From an uncultured Alphaproteobacteria bacterium (GTDB lineage Bacteria > Pseudomonadota > Alphaproteobacteria > HIMB59 > GCA-002718135), in contig CACJGU010000003.1 in NCBI GenBank assembly GCA_902593125.1, forward strand, positions 46,905 to 110,904: a stretch of 64,000 nt of DNA, given 5' to 3'. The notes beneath the pieces were generated by a model. The model ran no database searches, was not told the origin of the DNA, and was given only the letters and a program-made list of their open reading frames with translations. A program made the position numbers and the translations under genes. Shown piece after piece: positions 8,323 to 16,744 of this stretch (position 1 is the stretch's first letter; every line of letters starts with the position of its first letter).

Positions 8323-10123
8323 TTTTTAATTTTTCCTCTATTTCTAGAAGCTCTAACCATCTATCCTCTTTTATTTTTAATGTTTTATTAAGAGATTCCA
8401 TTTTTTTTGTTATTTCTAAGTATCTTTCATAGTTTTCCAAGTATATGTTTGATTGTTTTAATTCATTAGTCATCATATTTAATTCTTCCTGAATTTCATT
8501 TATCTCTTTTGGGATATTTTCTAATTCGAATCTATATTTATAAGATAATTTTAAAGATTTAGTTGTTTTATCATTCAAGTTTTTATTTTTTTTTGGACTT
8601 TTATTTGTATTTTTTTTAGTCTGTGATTTTAAAAAATCACTATAACCACCTAAAAATAATGATACATTACCATTAGTATCAAAATGAAGAATTTTATTAA
8701 CTGTTTGATCTAAAAAATCTCTGTCATGTGATACAATCAATAATGTACCCTTATAATTTGATAGCATTTCTGTCAGTAAATCTAATGTTTCTAAATCAAG
8801 ATCATTAGTTGGTTCATCCAATATTAAACCTGTTGTAGGGTTTGCTAATACTTTAGCAAGAAGAAGTCTATTTTGTTCACCACCAGATAGTGTTTGAATT
8901 GTATGATTAACATTTTTAGGATCAAACTGAAAATCTTTCACATAACTACAAACATGTCTATCTCTACCTTGAACTTTTAAATAATCACCGCCAGATGGAA
9001 CCAAAATATCTTTTACTGATTTTCTTCCATTTAGATCGTTTCTCATTTGATCAAAATATGAAAATTCTAAATTCTTTTTTAATTTTAACTTTCCCCCTGT
9101 AATTTTAACTTCATTTAATAGAGTCTTTAAAAATGTAGATTTTCCTGTTCCATTATTCCCAAGTAATCCAATTCGATCATTTTTTGCTATTTTAATAGAA
9201 AGTTTTTCAAATACTTTATCTTTTTGATTAGGATATTTAACGTCAACGTCTACATATTCAGCAATAAATTTTGATTGATCAACTGATTTTTTTGCAATTT
9301 GAGGTTTTAAAGATTTGATCGCACTTCTATAAGATGCCTCGTCTTTTTCTAATTGTATTTTTAACTCTCTGGCTCTTCTTAATCTTTTTTCATTTCTCTT
9401 TACTCTTGCTTTAACTCCTTTGTTAGCCCATTCAAGTTCAATATTGACAAATTGTTTTCTGTTTCTTAATTCTCGATATTCCTGATCTAAAAGCTCCTCA
9501 GACCATTTATCAAAATTTTTGAAACCATTTGGACTTACTCTTAACTTTCCTCTATCTAACCAAAATACTTTATTGGTAAAATTACTTAAAAAGGTCCTAT
9601 CATGACTTACACATAAGATTGTTTTATTTAAATCTCTAAGATAATTTTCTAACCACTGGATACATTCTAAATCTAAGTGATTTGTTGGCTCATCTAGAAG
9701 AAGAATATCAGACTCCTTTAATAAAGATCTGATTAAATATACTTTTCTTATCTGACCACCAGATAGACTTCTGATCTCTGATAATTTGTTTAAATTTAAT
9801 CTTTCACAAAAAATATCAATATAATGTTTGTTTTTTTCATTTATTAAATCATTGAAACTTTCTAATATTGTTGAGTTGTTAATTTTTTCAAACTTTTGAT
9901 TAAAATAACTGACTTTTAAATCAGGAAAATTCCAAATAATTCCATTATCTACATCTTGTTCACCACTAATAGTTTTCATTAGAGTACTTTTACCTACTCC
10001 ATTTTTACCCACTAGGGCAACCATATCCTTTTTGTGAAGATTTAGATATAAATTTTGAAAAATAGTTTTTTTACCAAATTTAATCTCAACTTCTCTTAGA
10101 GAAAAAATGAGGTCGCTAGGCAC
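8315..10123 (-). CDS. ABC-F family ATPase (Uup-like, two ABC domains and a C-terminal coiled coil)
   Basis: 602 aa (GTG start) with two Walker A sites (GKNGVGKST, GNNGTGKST) and two signature motifs (LSGGQIRK, LSGGEQNR). No TM domain. Confidence 0.9.
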   Translation of the reverse strand: MPSDLIFSLREVEIKFGKKTIFQNLYLNLHKKDMVALVGKNGVGKSTLMKTISGEQDVDNGIIWNFPDLKVSYFNQKFEKINNSTILESFNDLINEKNKHYIDIFCERLNLNKLSEIRSLSGGQIRKVYLIRSLLKESDILLLDEPTNHLDLECIQWLENYLRDLNKTILCVSHDRTFLSNFTNKVFWLDRGKLRVSPNGFKNFDKWSEELLDQEYRELRNRKQFVNIELEWANKGVKARVKRNEKRLRRARELKIQLEKDEASYRSAIKSLKPQIAKKSVDQSKFIAEYVDVDVKYPNQKDKVFEKLSIKIAKNDRIGLLGNNGTGKSTFLKTLLNEVKITGGKLKLKKNLEFSYFDQMRNDLNGRKSVKDILVPSGGDYLKVQGRDRHVCSYVKDFQFDPKNVNHTIQTLSGGEQNRLLLAKVLANPTTGLILDEPTNDLDLETLDLLTEMLSNYKGTLLIVSHDRDFLDQTVNKILHFDTNGNVSLFLGGYSDFLKSQTKKNTNKSPKKNKNLNDKTTKSLKLSYKYRFELENIPKEINEIQEELNMMTNELKQSNIYLENYERYLEITKKMESLNKTLKIKEDRWLELLEIEEKLKNE

Positions 10124-10242
10124 TAATTATAATACTTGTAATAAATAACAATAGAATCAAGAATAGCAAAAAATATTAATATTATTGCAATTCTTTTTAT
10201 CGACCACTGGCCTTTAGGAAAAATTAAATTAAAATATTTCAT
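10123..10242 (-). CDS. possible 39-aa single-TM micro-ORF; weak call
   Basis: Hand translation gives MKYFNLIFPKGQWSIKRIAIILIFFAILDSIVIYYKYYN. Its stop overlaps the ABC-F GTG start (TAGTG). Confidence 0.25.
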   Translation of the reverse strand: MKYFNLIFPKGQWSIKRIAIILIFFAILDSIVIYYKYYN

Positions 10243-10289
10243 TATTTAATAAATAATATTAAAAATGCGAGTTTCAATACATTTTGTAA

Positions 10290-10312
10290 AAGTGGGCAAT
10301 TTGCGCCCACTT
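10290..10312 (-). terminator. hairpin downstream of the 120-aa membrane protein gene
   Basis: AAGTGGGC pairs with GCCCACTT around a 7-nt loop, immediately 3' of the stop at 10319. The U-tract is weak. Confidence 0.45.
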
Positions 10313-10318
10313 AAATAA

Positions 10319-10681
10319 TTATCTACTATAAAAATAAAAGCCTATTGCAAATAATGCCGTTAAAATAATATTTACATAAGCAGTGGCTCCTGCCACAGCT
10401 CCAGTTATAATATGAAATAAAATAATTAATGTGAATAATAACCCCCCAATAGCAAATAGCATTCCAATTGACTTTAGATTTTCAGCAGCAATATCTGGAA
10501 ATCTCCAACTCCAAATGCCATTAACTATAAAAACCACTCCAAGAAATTGCCCAATGGTAATTAAATCGGCAGTCGGTGTCCAACCAGCTTGTTGAATAAA
10601 AACCGAAGTTAAGAACAAGCTTCCAAATCCATTTATTAAAAGAATTATAGCTTGTGCTTTAAAAATAGTTCTAAGATTCAT
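10319..10681 (-). CDS. hypothetical membrane protein (4 predicted TM segments)
   Basis: 120 aa, hydrophobic throughout. No family was recognised. Confidence 0.6.
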   Translation of the reverse strand: MNLRTIFKAQAIILLINGFGSLFLTSVFIQQAGWTPTADLITIGQFLGVVFIVNGIWSWRFPDIAAENLKSIGMLFAIGGLLFTLIILFHIITGAVAGATAYVNIILTALFAIGFYFYSR

Positions 10682-10747
10682 AAATTTCTCCTAAAAACTA
10701 TTTATTTAATTATTTAGATTCTATCAAAAAACTTATTGAAGTAAAAA

Positions 10748-11344
10748 CTATTGAGAATTTATCCACTTTATACAATCTTCAAGTCTATCATCACCCCAAA
10801 AGACCTCACCTTTGTAAATAAATGTTGGGCTCCCAAATACCCCTGCTTTGTATGCATTTTCTGTATTTTGCAAATATTGATCTTTTATATTTGCTGAATT
10901 TGAATTTTTTATAACTTCATCTTTATTTAAATTAAGTTCATTAAGTACTTCTGAGAGATTGGGTTCAATTGCTGGCTCTTTACCCTCTTGAAACCACTTT
11001 TTATAAGTATGTGTTACATATTTAACACCCCAACCCTCTTTCATTCCTAAAATTGCTAGTCGATTAGCTAAATCAAATTCTTTTAATGGATAAGGTGCTG
11101 GTACGTTAGCAAAAAATCCATAAAACTTCGCTCTTCTTTCAATATCCCTCCACATATAATCTGACTTAATTTTCTTAGATGGTGGAGTAAAAGGAATATT
11201 ATCCATATCCATCATAATTTTTCTGACACTAAATGGTTTCCAATTGAATTTAATATTTACTCTCTGAGAAACTTCATTAAGTCTATTAACTGCTAGATAG
11301 GTATAAGTGCTTCCTATTGAAAACCAAAAATCAATTTCTTTCAT
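10748..11344 (-). CDS. DsbA-like thioredoxin-fold protein (2-hydroxychromene-2-carboxylate isomerase family)
   Basis: The motifs IDFWFSIGSTYTYL and GVFGSPTFIYKGEVFWGDDRLED match the HCCA isomerase/DsbA-like family. I chose the start at the internal Met (MKEIDFW); the ORF track extends to 11377. Confidence 0.78.
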   Translation of the reverse strand: MKEIDFWFSIGSTYTYLAVNRLNEVSQRVNIKFNWKPFSVRKIMMDMDNIPFTPPSKKIKSDYMWRDIERRAKFYGFFANVPAPYPLKEFDLANRLAILGMKEGWGVKYVTHTYKKWFQEGKEPAIEPNLSEVLNELNLNKDEVIKNSNSANIKDQYLQNTENAYKAGVFGSPTFIYKGEVFWGDDRLEDCIKWINSQ

Positions 11345-11477
11345 AATAAAAATTATACTATTATTTATTAATAACAAATAAAAGAATTATTATTAATATT
11401 TGCGTACTTTATATACCTCTTGCACATAATTTAAATTTAGATAGTGAATATAAATAAATTTTAAAATGGAGTAATGA

Positions 11478-12803
11478 ATGAAAAAAATAATTAACTCTCT
11501 ATTTGTTTTATCTTTTTTCTTTTCTTCATCTGCGGTGTTTGCAAAAACGCAAATTTCATGGTGGATGGAAGCGAGAGCTGAGAGAGATCCAATAGTTATG
11601 GAAAAACTTGTTAATGCTTATAATAGTTCTCAAGATGAAATTGAACTGGTTATAGAATTTACAGCACAAGAAGTTTTAGGTGAAAAGTTAAGAACAGCAC
11701 TCATATCTGGAGGTGGTCCTGATATAGTTCGAGCAGCTGGACCCTCTTTCATTAAAGAATATCAAATGGCTGGTATGCTTGAAAACTTAGACGCATATGC
11801 TGAGCAATATGGATGGAATAATAAGATTGTTCCATGGGCATACAATTCTGGTGTTTTTGATGGAAGCTTATATGCATTACCATTAACTTACGAGTCAATG
11901 ATTATGCTATATAATAAAACTTTATTTGCTGAAAATGGATGGGGTGTTCCAACAACTTTAGAAGAATTAGAAGACGTTGCATCAAAAGCTAAGGCAATGG
12001 ATATGAATGTATATTCATATGGTTCGACTGGTTGGCAACCAACACACGAACATTTAGTTGGCATCTACTTAAACAATTATGCTGGTCCAGAAAATGTTTA
12101 CAAAGCTCTTATTGGTGAAAAAGAATGGACTGATCCAGTATTTGTTGAGGCAATTGAATTATTGAGAAAACATATGGTTGATGAAGGATACTGGTCAGGC
12201 AGTCTAGAAAACTATTACGCAATAGATTGGGATCAATTTCATGATGCATTTAGTGCAAGAAATGCTGCTATGATGACAATTGGAACATGGACATTTCAAA
12301 GAACTGAAATGAATTTTTCTAGTATAGATGATGACTGGGGTTGGGCTCCATTACCATCTTTATCTTCTAATTCACCAGATCAGAACTTTATGTTAGCAAT
12401 TGGTACTTCAATTGGATTAAATCCAAATAGCAAAAATAAAGATGCTGCTGCAAGTATGTTAAATTGGCTTTTTAGTAATAAAGATGTTGTAATTAATTTA
12501 TCAAATGCTCTTGAGTTTGCTGAATTTAACTTACCACTTTATTATGAAGACTCAGATTTTCCTGCAGATGTAAATCCAAAGATAAAAGATTTTTTATCAA
12601 CTTTTGGAAAAGTAACTGGTGAGGGAAATTATGGATACTGCACATGGGCATTTTGGCCTGCAGATCCAGGAGTTCACATATGGAAAGACATGGAAGTAGT
12701 GTGGGCTGGTGATATTTCAGTTGAAGATTATATGGCTGATCATCAAAAACTTTGGGATAAGGCCAGAGATAAAGGAACTACTTTATCTATTCCAAACAGA
12801 TAA
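11478..12803 (+). CDS. CUT1-type ABC transporter periplasmic sugar-binding protein
   Basis: 441 aa with signal peptide MKKIINSLFVLSFFFSSSAVFA. The composition is family-1 SBP-like and two MalFG-type permease genes follow. Confidence 0.88.
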   Translation: MKKIINSLFVLSFFFSSSAVFAKTQISWWMEARAERDPIVMEKLVNAYNSSQDEIELVIEFTAQEVLGEKLRTALISGGGPDIVRAAGPSFIKEYQMAGMLENLDAYAEQYGWNNKIVPWAYNSGVFDGSLYALPLTYESMIMLYNKTLFAENGWGVPTTLEELEDVASKAKAMDMNVYSYGSTGWQPTHEHLVGIYLNNYAGPENVYKALIGEKEWTDPVFVEAIELLRKHMVDEGYWSGSLENYYAIDWDQFHDAFSARNAAMMTIGTWTFQRTEMNFSSIDDDWGWAPLPSLSSNSPDQNFMLAIGTSIGLNPNSKNKDAAASMLNWLFSNKDVVINLSNALEFAEFNLPLYYEDSDFPADVNPKIKDFLSTFGKVTGEGNYGYCTWAFWPADPGVHIWKDMEVVWAGDISVEDYMADHQKLWDKARDKGTTLSIPNR

Positions 12804-12818
12804 TTTAAATATTATATG

Positions 12819-12850
12819 ACGAAGCTCTTTTAATGAGCTTCGTTTTATTA
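12819..12850 (+). terminator. intra-operon hairpin / attenuating terminator after the SBP gene
   Basis: ACGAAGCTC pairs with GAGCTTCGT around loop TTTTAAT, followed by TTTTATT. Confidence 0.65.
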
Positions 12851-13725
12851 TGAAAATATTTTTAAATAAATCTTTAATTGCTTGGTACTTTATACTTCCG
12901 GTACTTTTAATCCATTTATTTGTAATAGCAATCCCTTCGATTTCAAGTCTTGCACTATCTTTAACAGATTTCAGAGGTATGGGAAAACTCAATTATATTG
13001 GCTTTGAAAACTTTAATGAATTATTTGATGATAGATATTTTGTAAAAGCAGTTTACCACAATATAATTTGGACAATCGCATTTCTAACAATTCCAGTATT
13101 TGTAGCTCTAGTTTGTGCTTACCTGCTAACAGGTATAAAAAGAGGTCAATTATTTTTTAGATTAGCTTTTTTCTTTCCATATATGTTGGCAAGTGTGGTT
13201 AATTGTCAAATATGGAAATATTTATTCAGTCCTATTTATGGAATTGGAACTGTTTTAAGTAGTTTTGGTTTAGATTTACTTACAACTTCTCCATTTACTA
13301 CAAAAGAATATTCCTTATTCGCTGTAGCTTTTGTAGATGGATGGCATTTCTGGGGATTTCTTGTCGTAATTTATTTAACAGGAATGTATCAGGTAGACTC
13401 TTCACTTTATGAAGCTGCTGATATTGAGGGTGCCTCTAAATATCAAAAATTTAGATATATCACATTGCCTATGATTAGACCTGTTCTTGTATTCACGATA
13501 ATGATTATAACAATTTGGTCTATTCCAGTTTTTGACTATGTTTTCATTTTGACTAAGGGAGGTCCTGCATACAGTTCAGAAGTTATTGGAACATATATGT
13601 ATTCACAAGCATTTGAACGATTTAATGTAGGATACTCCTCGGCGATAGGGACGATGATGTTTTTCTATGTATTAATCATTGTTGGTTTATTCGGTGTTTT
13701 AAGAAGATTGGGATGGGAAGTTTAA
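12850..13725 (+). CDS. ABC sugar permease (MalF/UgpA-like)
   Basis: 291 aa, multi-TM, with EAA loop LYEAADIEGASKYQKFRYITLPMIRP. Confidence 0.9.
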   Translation: MKIFLNKSLIAWYFILPVLLIHLFVIAIPSISSLALSLTDFRGMGKLNYIGFENFNELFDDRYFVKAVYHNIIWTIAFLTIPVFVALVCAYLLTGIKRGQLFFRLAFFFPYMLASVVNCQIWKYLFSPIYGIGTVLSSFGLDLLTTSPFTTKEYSLFAVAFVDGWHFWGFLVVIYLTGMYQVDSSLYEAADIEGASKYQKFRYITLPMIRPVLVFTIMIITIWSIPVFDYVFILTKGGPAYSSEVIGTYMYSQAFERFNVGYSSAIGTMMFFYVLIIVGLFGVLRRLGWEV

Positions 13726-13726
13726 T

Positions 13727-14563
13727 ATGGAAGTAGCTTCATTTAGAAAAAAAGAATTAATTTCAAATTATATTATTCTTGGAATATTTGCTATTGTTTC
13801 ATTAGCTCCAATATTGGTTTTAATTTTTAATGCTTTTAAACCAGCGGTAGAATTTGGAACTAATCCAATAGGGCTACCTAATAACATAACATTCCAAAAT
13901 TTTCCAGATGCATGGGTTCAAGGTGAATATTCAAAGATATTTTTTAACTCTTTTAAGCTTGTTTTTGGAACTTTAATCTTATGTATTTCAGTTTCTAGCT
14001 TAGCAGGTTTTAGTCTTGCAAAATTAAATCCAAAAGGAGCTAATTTAGTCGCAATTTATCTTCTAGTTGGTATTAGCATACCTGCGCAAATGTTTCTTTT
14101 ACCATTATTTTTATTATGGAAAAACCTTGGTCTTTTAAATACCCATATTGGATTAATTATTATTTACAGTGCTCTTAATGCTCCATTCGCAACTTTTTTA
14201 ATTAGATCATATATGATTAGATTACCTGATGAATTATTTGATGCTGCTAAAATAGATGGAGCAAATATTTTTCAACAGTTTTTCAGAGTCGCTATACCTC
14301 TTTCATGGCCAGTCTTACTAACTTCAGCATTAGTTGTTGGTTTAGCGGTATGGAATGAATTTTTATTTGCCTTAACATTTGTTCAAGATGAAAACTTAAA
14401 ACCAATATCAACAATTTTATTTGCTTTCTCTTGGAGATTTATAAATAACCAAGCATTAGTTAGTGCTGCATCAATAATGATGGTGGCACCTGTTGTAATA
14501 TTATTTTTACTATTTCAAAAAAGATTTATTTCTGGTTTAACAAGTGGAGGCTTAAAGGGTTAA
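13727..14563 (+). CDS. ABC sugar permease (MalG/UgpE-like)
   Basis: 278 aa with EAA loop LFDAAKIDGANIFQQFFRVAIPLSWP. The gap to the upstream gene is 1 nt. Confidence 0.9.
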   Translation: MEVASFRKKELISNYIILGIFAIVSLAPILVLIFNAFKPAVEFGTNPIGLPNNITFQNFPDAWVQGEYSKIFFNSFKLVFGTLILCISVSSLAGFSLAKLNPKGANLVAIYLLVGISIPAQMFLLPLFLLWKNLGLLNTHIGLIIIYSALNAPFATFLIRSYMIRLPDELFDAAKIDGANIFQQFFRVAIPLSWPVLLTSALVVGLAVWNEFLFALTFVQDENLKPISTILFAFSWRFINNQALVSAASIMMVAPVVILFLLFQKRFISGLTSGGLKG

Positions 14564-14564
14564 T

Positions 14565-16730
14565 ATGAGTTATAATTTAGATAAAAGCTATGAAGAAAAA
14601 GTTTATGCAGGTGTTCTAGGAAAGATAATAGGTGTATTTCTCGGTAGACCATTTGAAAATTGGTCTTACGAGAGAATAATGAAAGAGCTTGGTCCAATTA
14701 ACTATTATGTTAATGATAAATTAGACTTTCCTCTTCCCATATCTGATGATGACATAACTGGAACTTTTACATTCTTGAGAGCTTTTAAAGATTTTAATTA
14801 TGATAAAAATATTACAGCTAAAGAAATTGGTCAAACATGGTTAAATAATTTAATAGAAGATAAAACAATATTATGGTGGGGTGGCAAAGGTCATTCAGCA
14901 GAAGACACTGCATATCAGAATTTAAAACAAGGTATTCACGCGCCTAAAAGTGGTTCAATTGAATTGAATGGCAAAGTGATAGCTGAGCAAATAGGAGCAC
15001 AAATATTTATTGATGGTTGGGCTTTAGTGACACCTGGTGATCCTGAAAAAGCAATGTACTATGCTAAAGAAGCAGCAAGTGTTAGTCATGATGGTGAAGC
15101 TATAATCGGTGCTCAAGTTGTTGCAGCTATTGAGTCAATGGCATTTCTTGAGAATGATTTATTTAAATTAGTTAATGAGGCTAAAAATTTAATTCCTAAA
15201 GACTCAATTATATTTAAATTAATATCAGATTTACAAGAATGGAGATCAGGTAATTTTGGTTGGGAACAAGCTAGAGAAAAGATTGTTGAGAATTATGGCT
15301 ATGATAAATATTTAGGTAACTGTCATATGGTGCCTAATCATGCATTAATTATAATGGCTCTGTTGTACGGTGATGATGACTTTCAAAAAACTATGATGAT
15401 TGTTAATACTGCTGGGTGGGATACTGACTGTAATTCAGGAAATGTTGGATGCATTTTGGGAATTAAGAATGGTCTCGAAGGATTAAAGAAAGGGCCTGAT
15501 TATTTATCTCCAATTAATGATGTTTTATACTGCCCTACTGCAATTGGTGGTGAAACATTAACAGATGCAATAAGTGAGTCATATAAAATTATAAATACTG
15601 CTAGACAAATCAATAACCTTGATTTTACTAAACCAAAAGAGAATGCAAAATATCACTTTGGTTTAAAAGAATCTACACAGGGCTGGAAGGTAAATTTAAA
15701 AAATAAAAATATTTGTGAAACTAATATCAGTAATATCAATTATGACTCTTCTATTGGCAACAGAGCGCTTGAAATAACATTCAAAGCACTTTCAAGTGAT
15801 AAAATGTGTGAAGTACTTGTTGACACTTTTTATCCAGATGTAATTTTAGATTTAAAAGGAAGAAAAAGAGAAGATTTTTTTCATTATGATTATATTTCTT
15901 GTCCCATCGTCTATCCTGGGCAAAATATAAAAGCTCAAATAAAAAATACTTCTTCGAAATTATTACAAATAAAACTTTTTATTAAATATTGGGGAGCAAA
16001 TGATGAATTAACAAAAATTTCATCAGATATTTTTGAGTTTAATGATAATGAAGAGAAAATTTTGGATTGGAAAATACCGTCGACTGATAATGATCCAATT
16101 GGGCAAGTCGGGATAAATGTGATATCAAAAGAAAAATGTGATGGCTCTATTGTTTTAAACTACTTAACTATTTACGGAGAGGCGAGTCAAACTTTTAGAA
16201 GACCCAAACATATTGAAGAGTATAAAAGAGGTGTCGACTCAAAAGATGGGTACTATGGGCAAATTTGGCGTAACGCATGGGTTCAAGCTTTAGATAAATG
16301 GGAGGAAAGAGGTAAAAATTTTAGAATTTGCCAAAATATTGGTAGAGGAATAATTTATATTGGAACTGAAGTTTGGCAAAATTATTCAATCTCCTCAAAA
16401 ATTACTCTTCAATCAGTTAGATCAGGTGGACTTGTTGCAAGAGTTCAAGGTGTAAAAAGATATTATACATTTGAATTAAACAGTGACAATACTCTTTGTA
16501 TTGGAAAAATGTTTTACGATTACAAAATATTAAAGAAAGTAGAATTTAAAGTACTATTTTTTAAAGAATATTCTTTAAAAATGGAGATTAAAAATAATAA
16601 AATTAAAGGCTATGTAGATGATAGGTTAATTTTAGAAATTGAAGATAATGACAACTTTATAAAAAATGGTGGGTCAGGTTTAACCGTGTCCGATGGTACT
16701 TTAGTATCTGAAGAAGTTAAAGTTAATTAA
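14565..16730 (+). CDS. ADP-ribosylglycohydrolase-family domain fused to a ~370-aa uncharacterised beta-rich C-terminal region
   Basis: 721 aa. Residues ~1-340 carry ARH hallmarks (GVLGKIIGVFLGRPFE, SDDDITGT, GWDTDCNSGNVGCILG). The last ~170 aa resemble a concanavalin/LamG-type jelly roll (GGLVARVQGVKRYYTFEL, GYVDDRLILEIED, GGSGLTV). The gap to the permease gene is 1 nt. Confidence 0.85.
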   Translation: MSYNLDKSYEEKVYAGVLGKIIGVFLGRPFENWSYERIMKELGPINYYVNDKLDFPLPISDDDITGTFTFLRAFKDFNYDKNITAKEIGQTWLNNLIEDKTILWWGGKGHSAEDTAYQNLKQGIHAPKSGSIELNGKVIAEQIGAQIFIDGWALVTPGDPEKAMYYAKEAASVSHDGEAIIGAQVVAAIESMAFLENDLFKLVNEAKNLIPKDSIIFKLISDLQEWRSGNFGWEQAREKIVENYGYDKYLGNCHMVPNHALIIMALLYGDDDFQKTMMIVNTAGWDTDCNSGNVGCILGIKNGLEGLKKGPDYLSPINDVLYCPTAIGGETLTDAISESYKIINTARQINNLDFTKPKENAKYHFGLKESTQGWKVNLKNKNICETNISNINYDSSIGNRALEITFKALSSDKMCEVLVDTFYPDVILDLKGRKREDFFHYDYISCPIVYPGQNIKAQIKNTSSKLLQIKLFIKYWGANDELTKISSDIFEFNDNEEKILDWKIPSTDNDPIGQVGINVISKEKCDGSIVLNYLTIYGEASQTFRRPKHIEEYKRGVDSKDGYYGQIWRNAWVQALDKWEERGKNFRICQNIGRGIIYIGTEVWQNYSISSKITLQSVRSGGLVARVQGVKRYYTFELNSDNTLCIGKMFYDYKILKKVEFKVLFFKEYSLKMEIKNNKIKGYVDDRLILEIEDNDNFIKNGGSGLTVSDGTLVSEEVKVN

Positions 16731-16744
16731 TATTAATAAACATT

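Noticed and set aside
12783-12992. A 69-aa minus-strand ORF spanning the SBP-permease junction.
   Set aside because: It crosses the terminator hairpin and lies antisense to two well-supported ABC genes.
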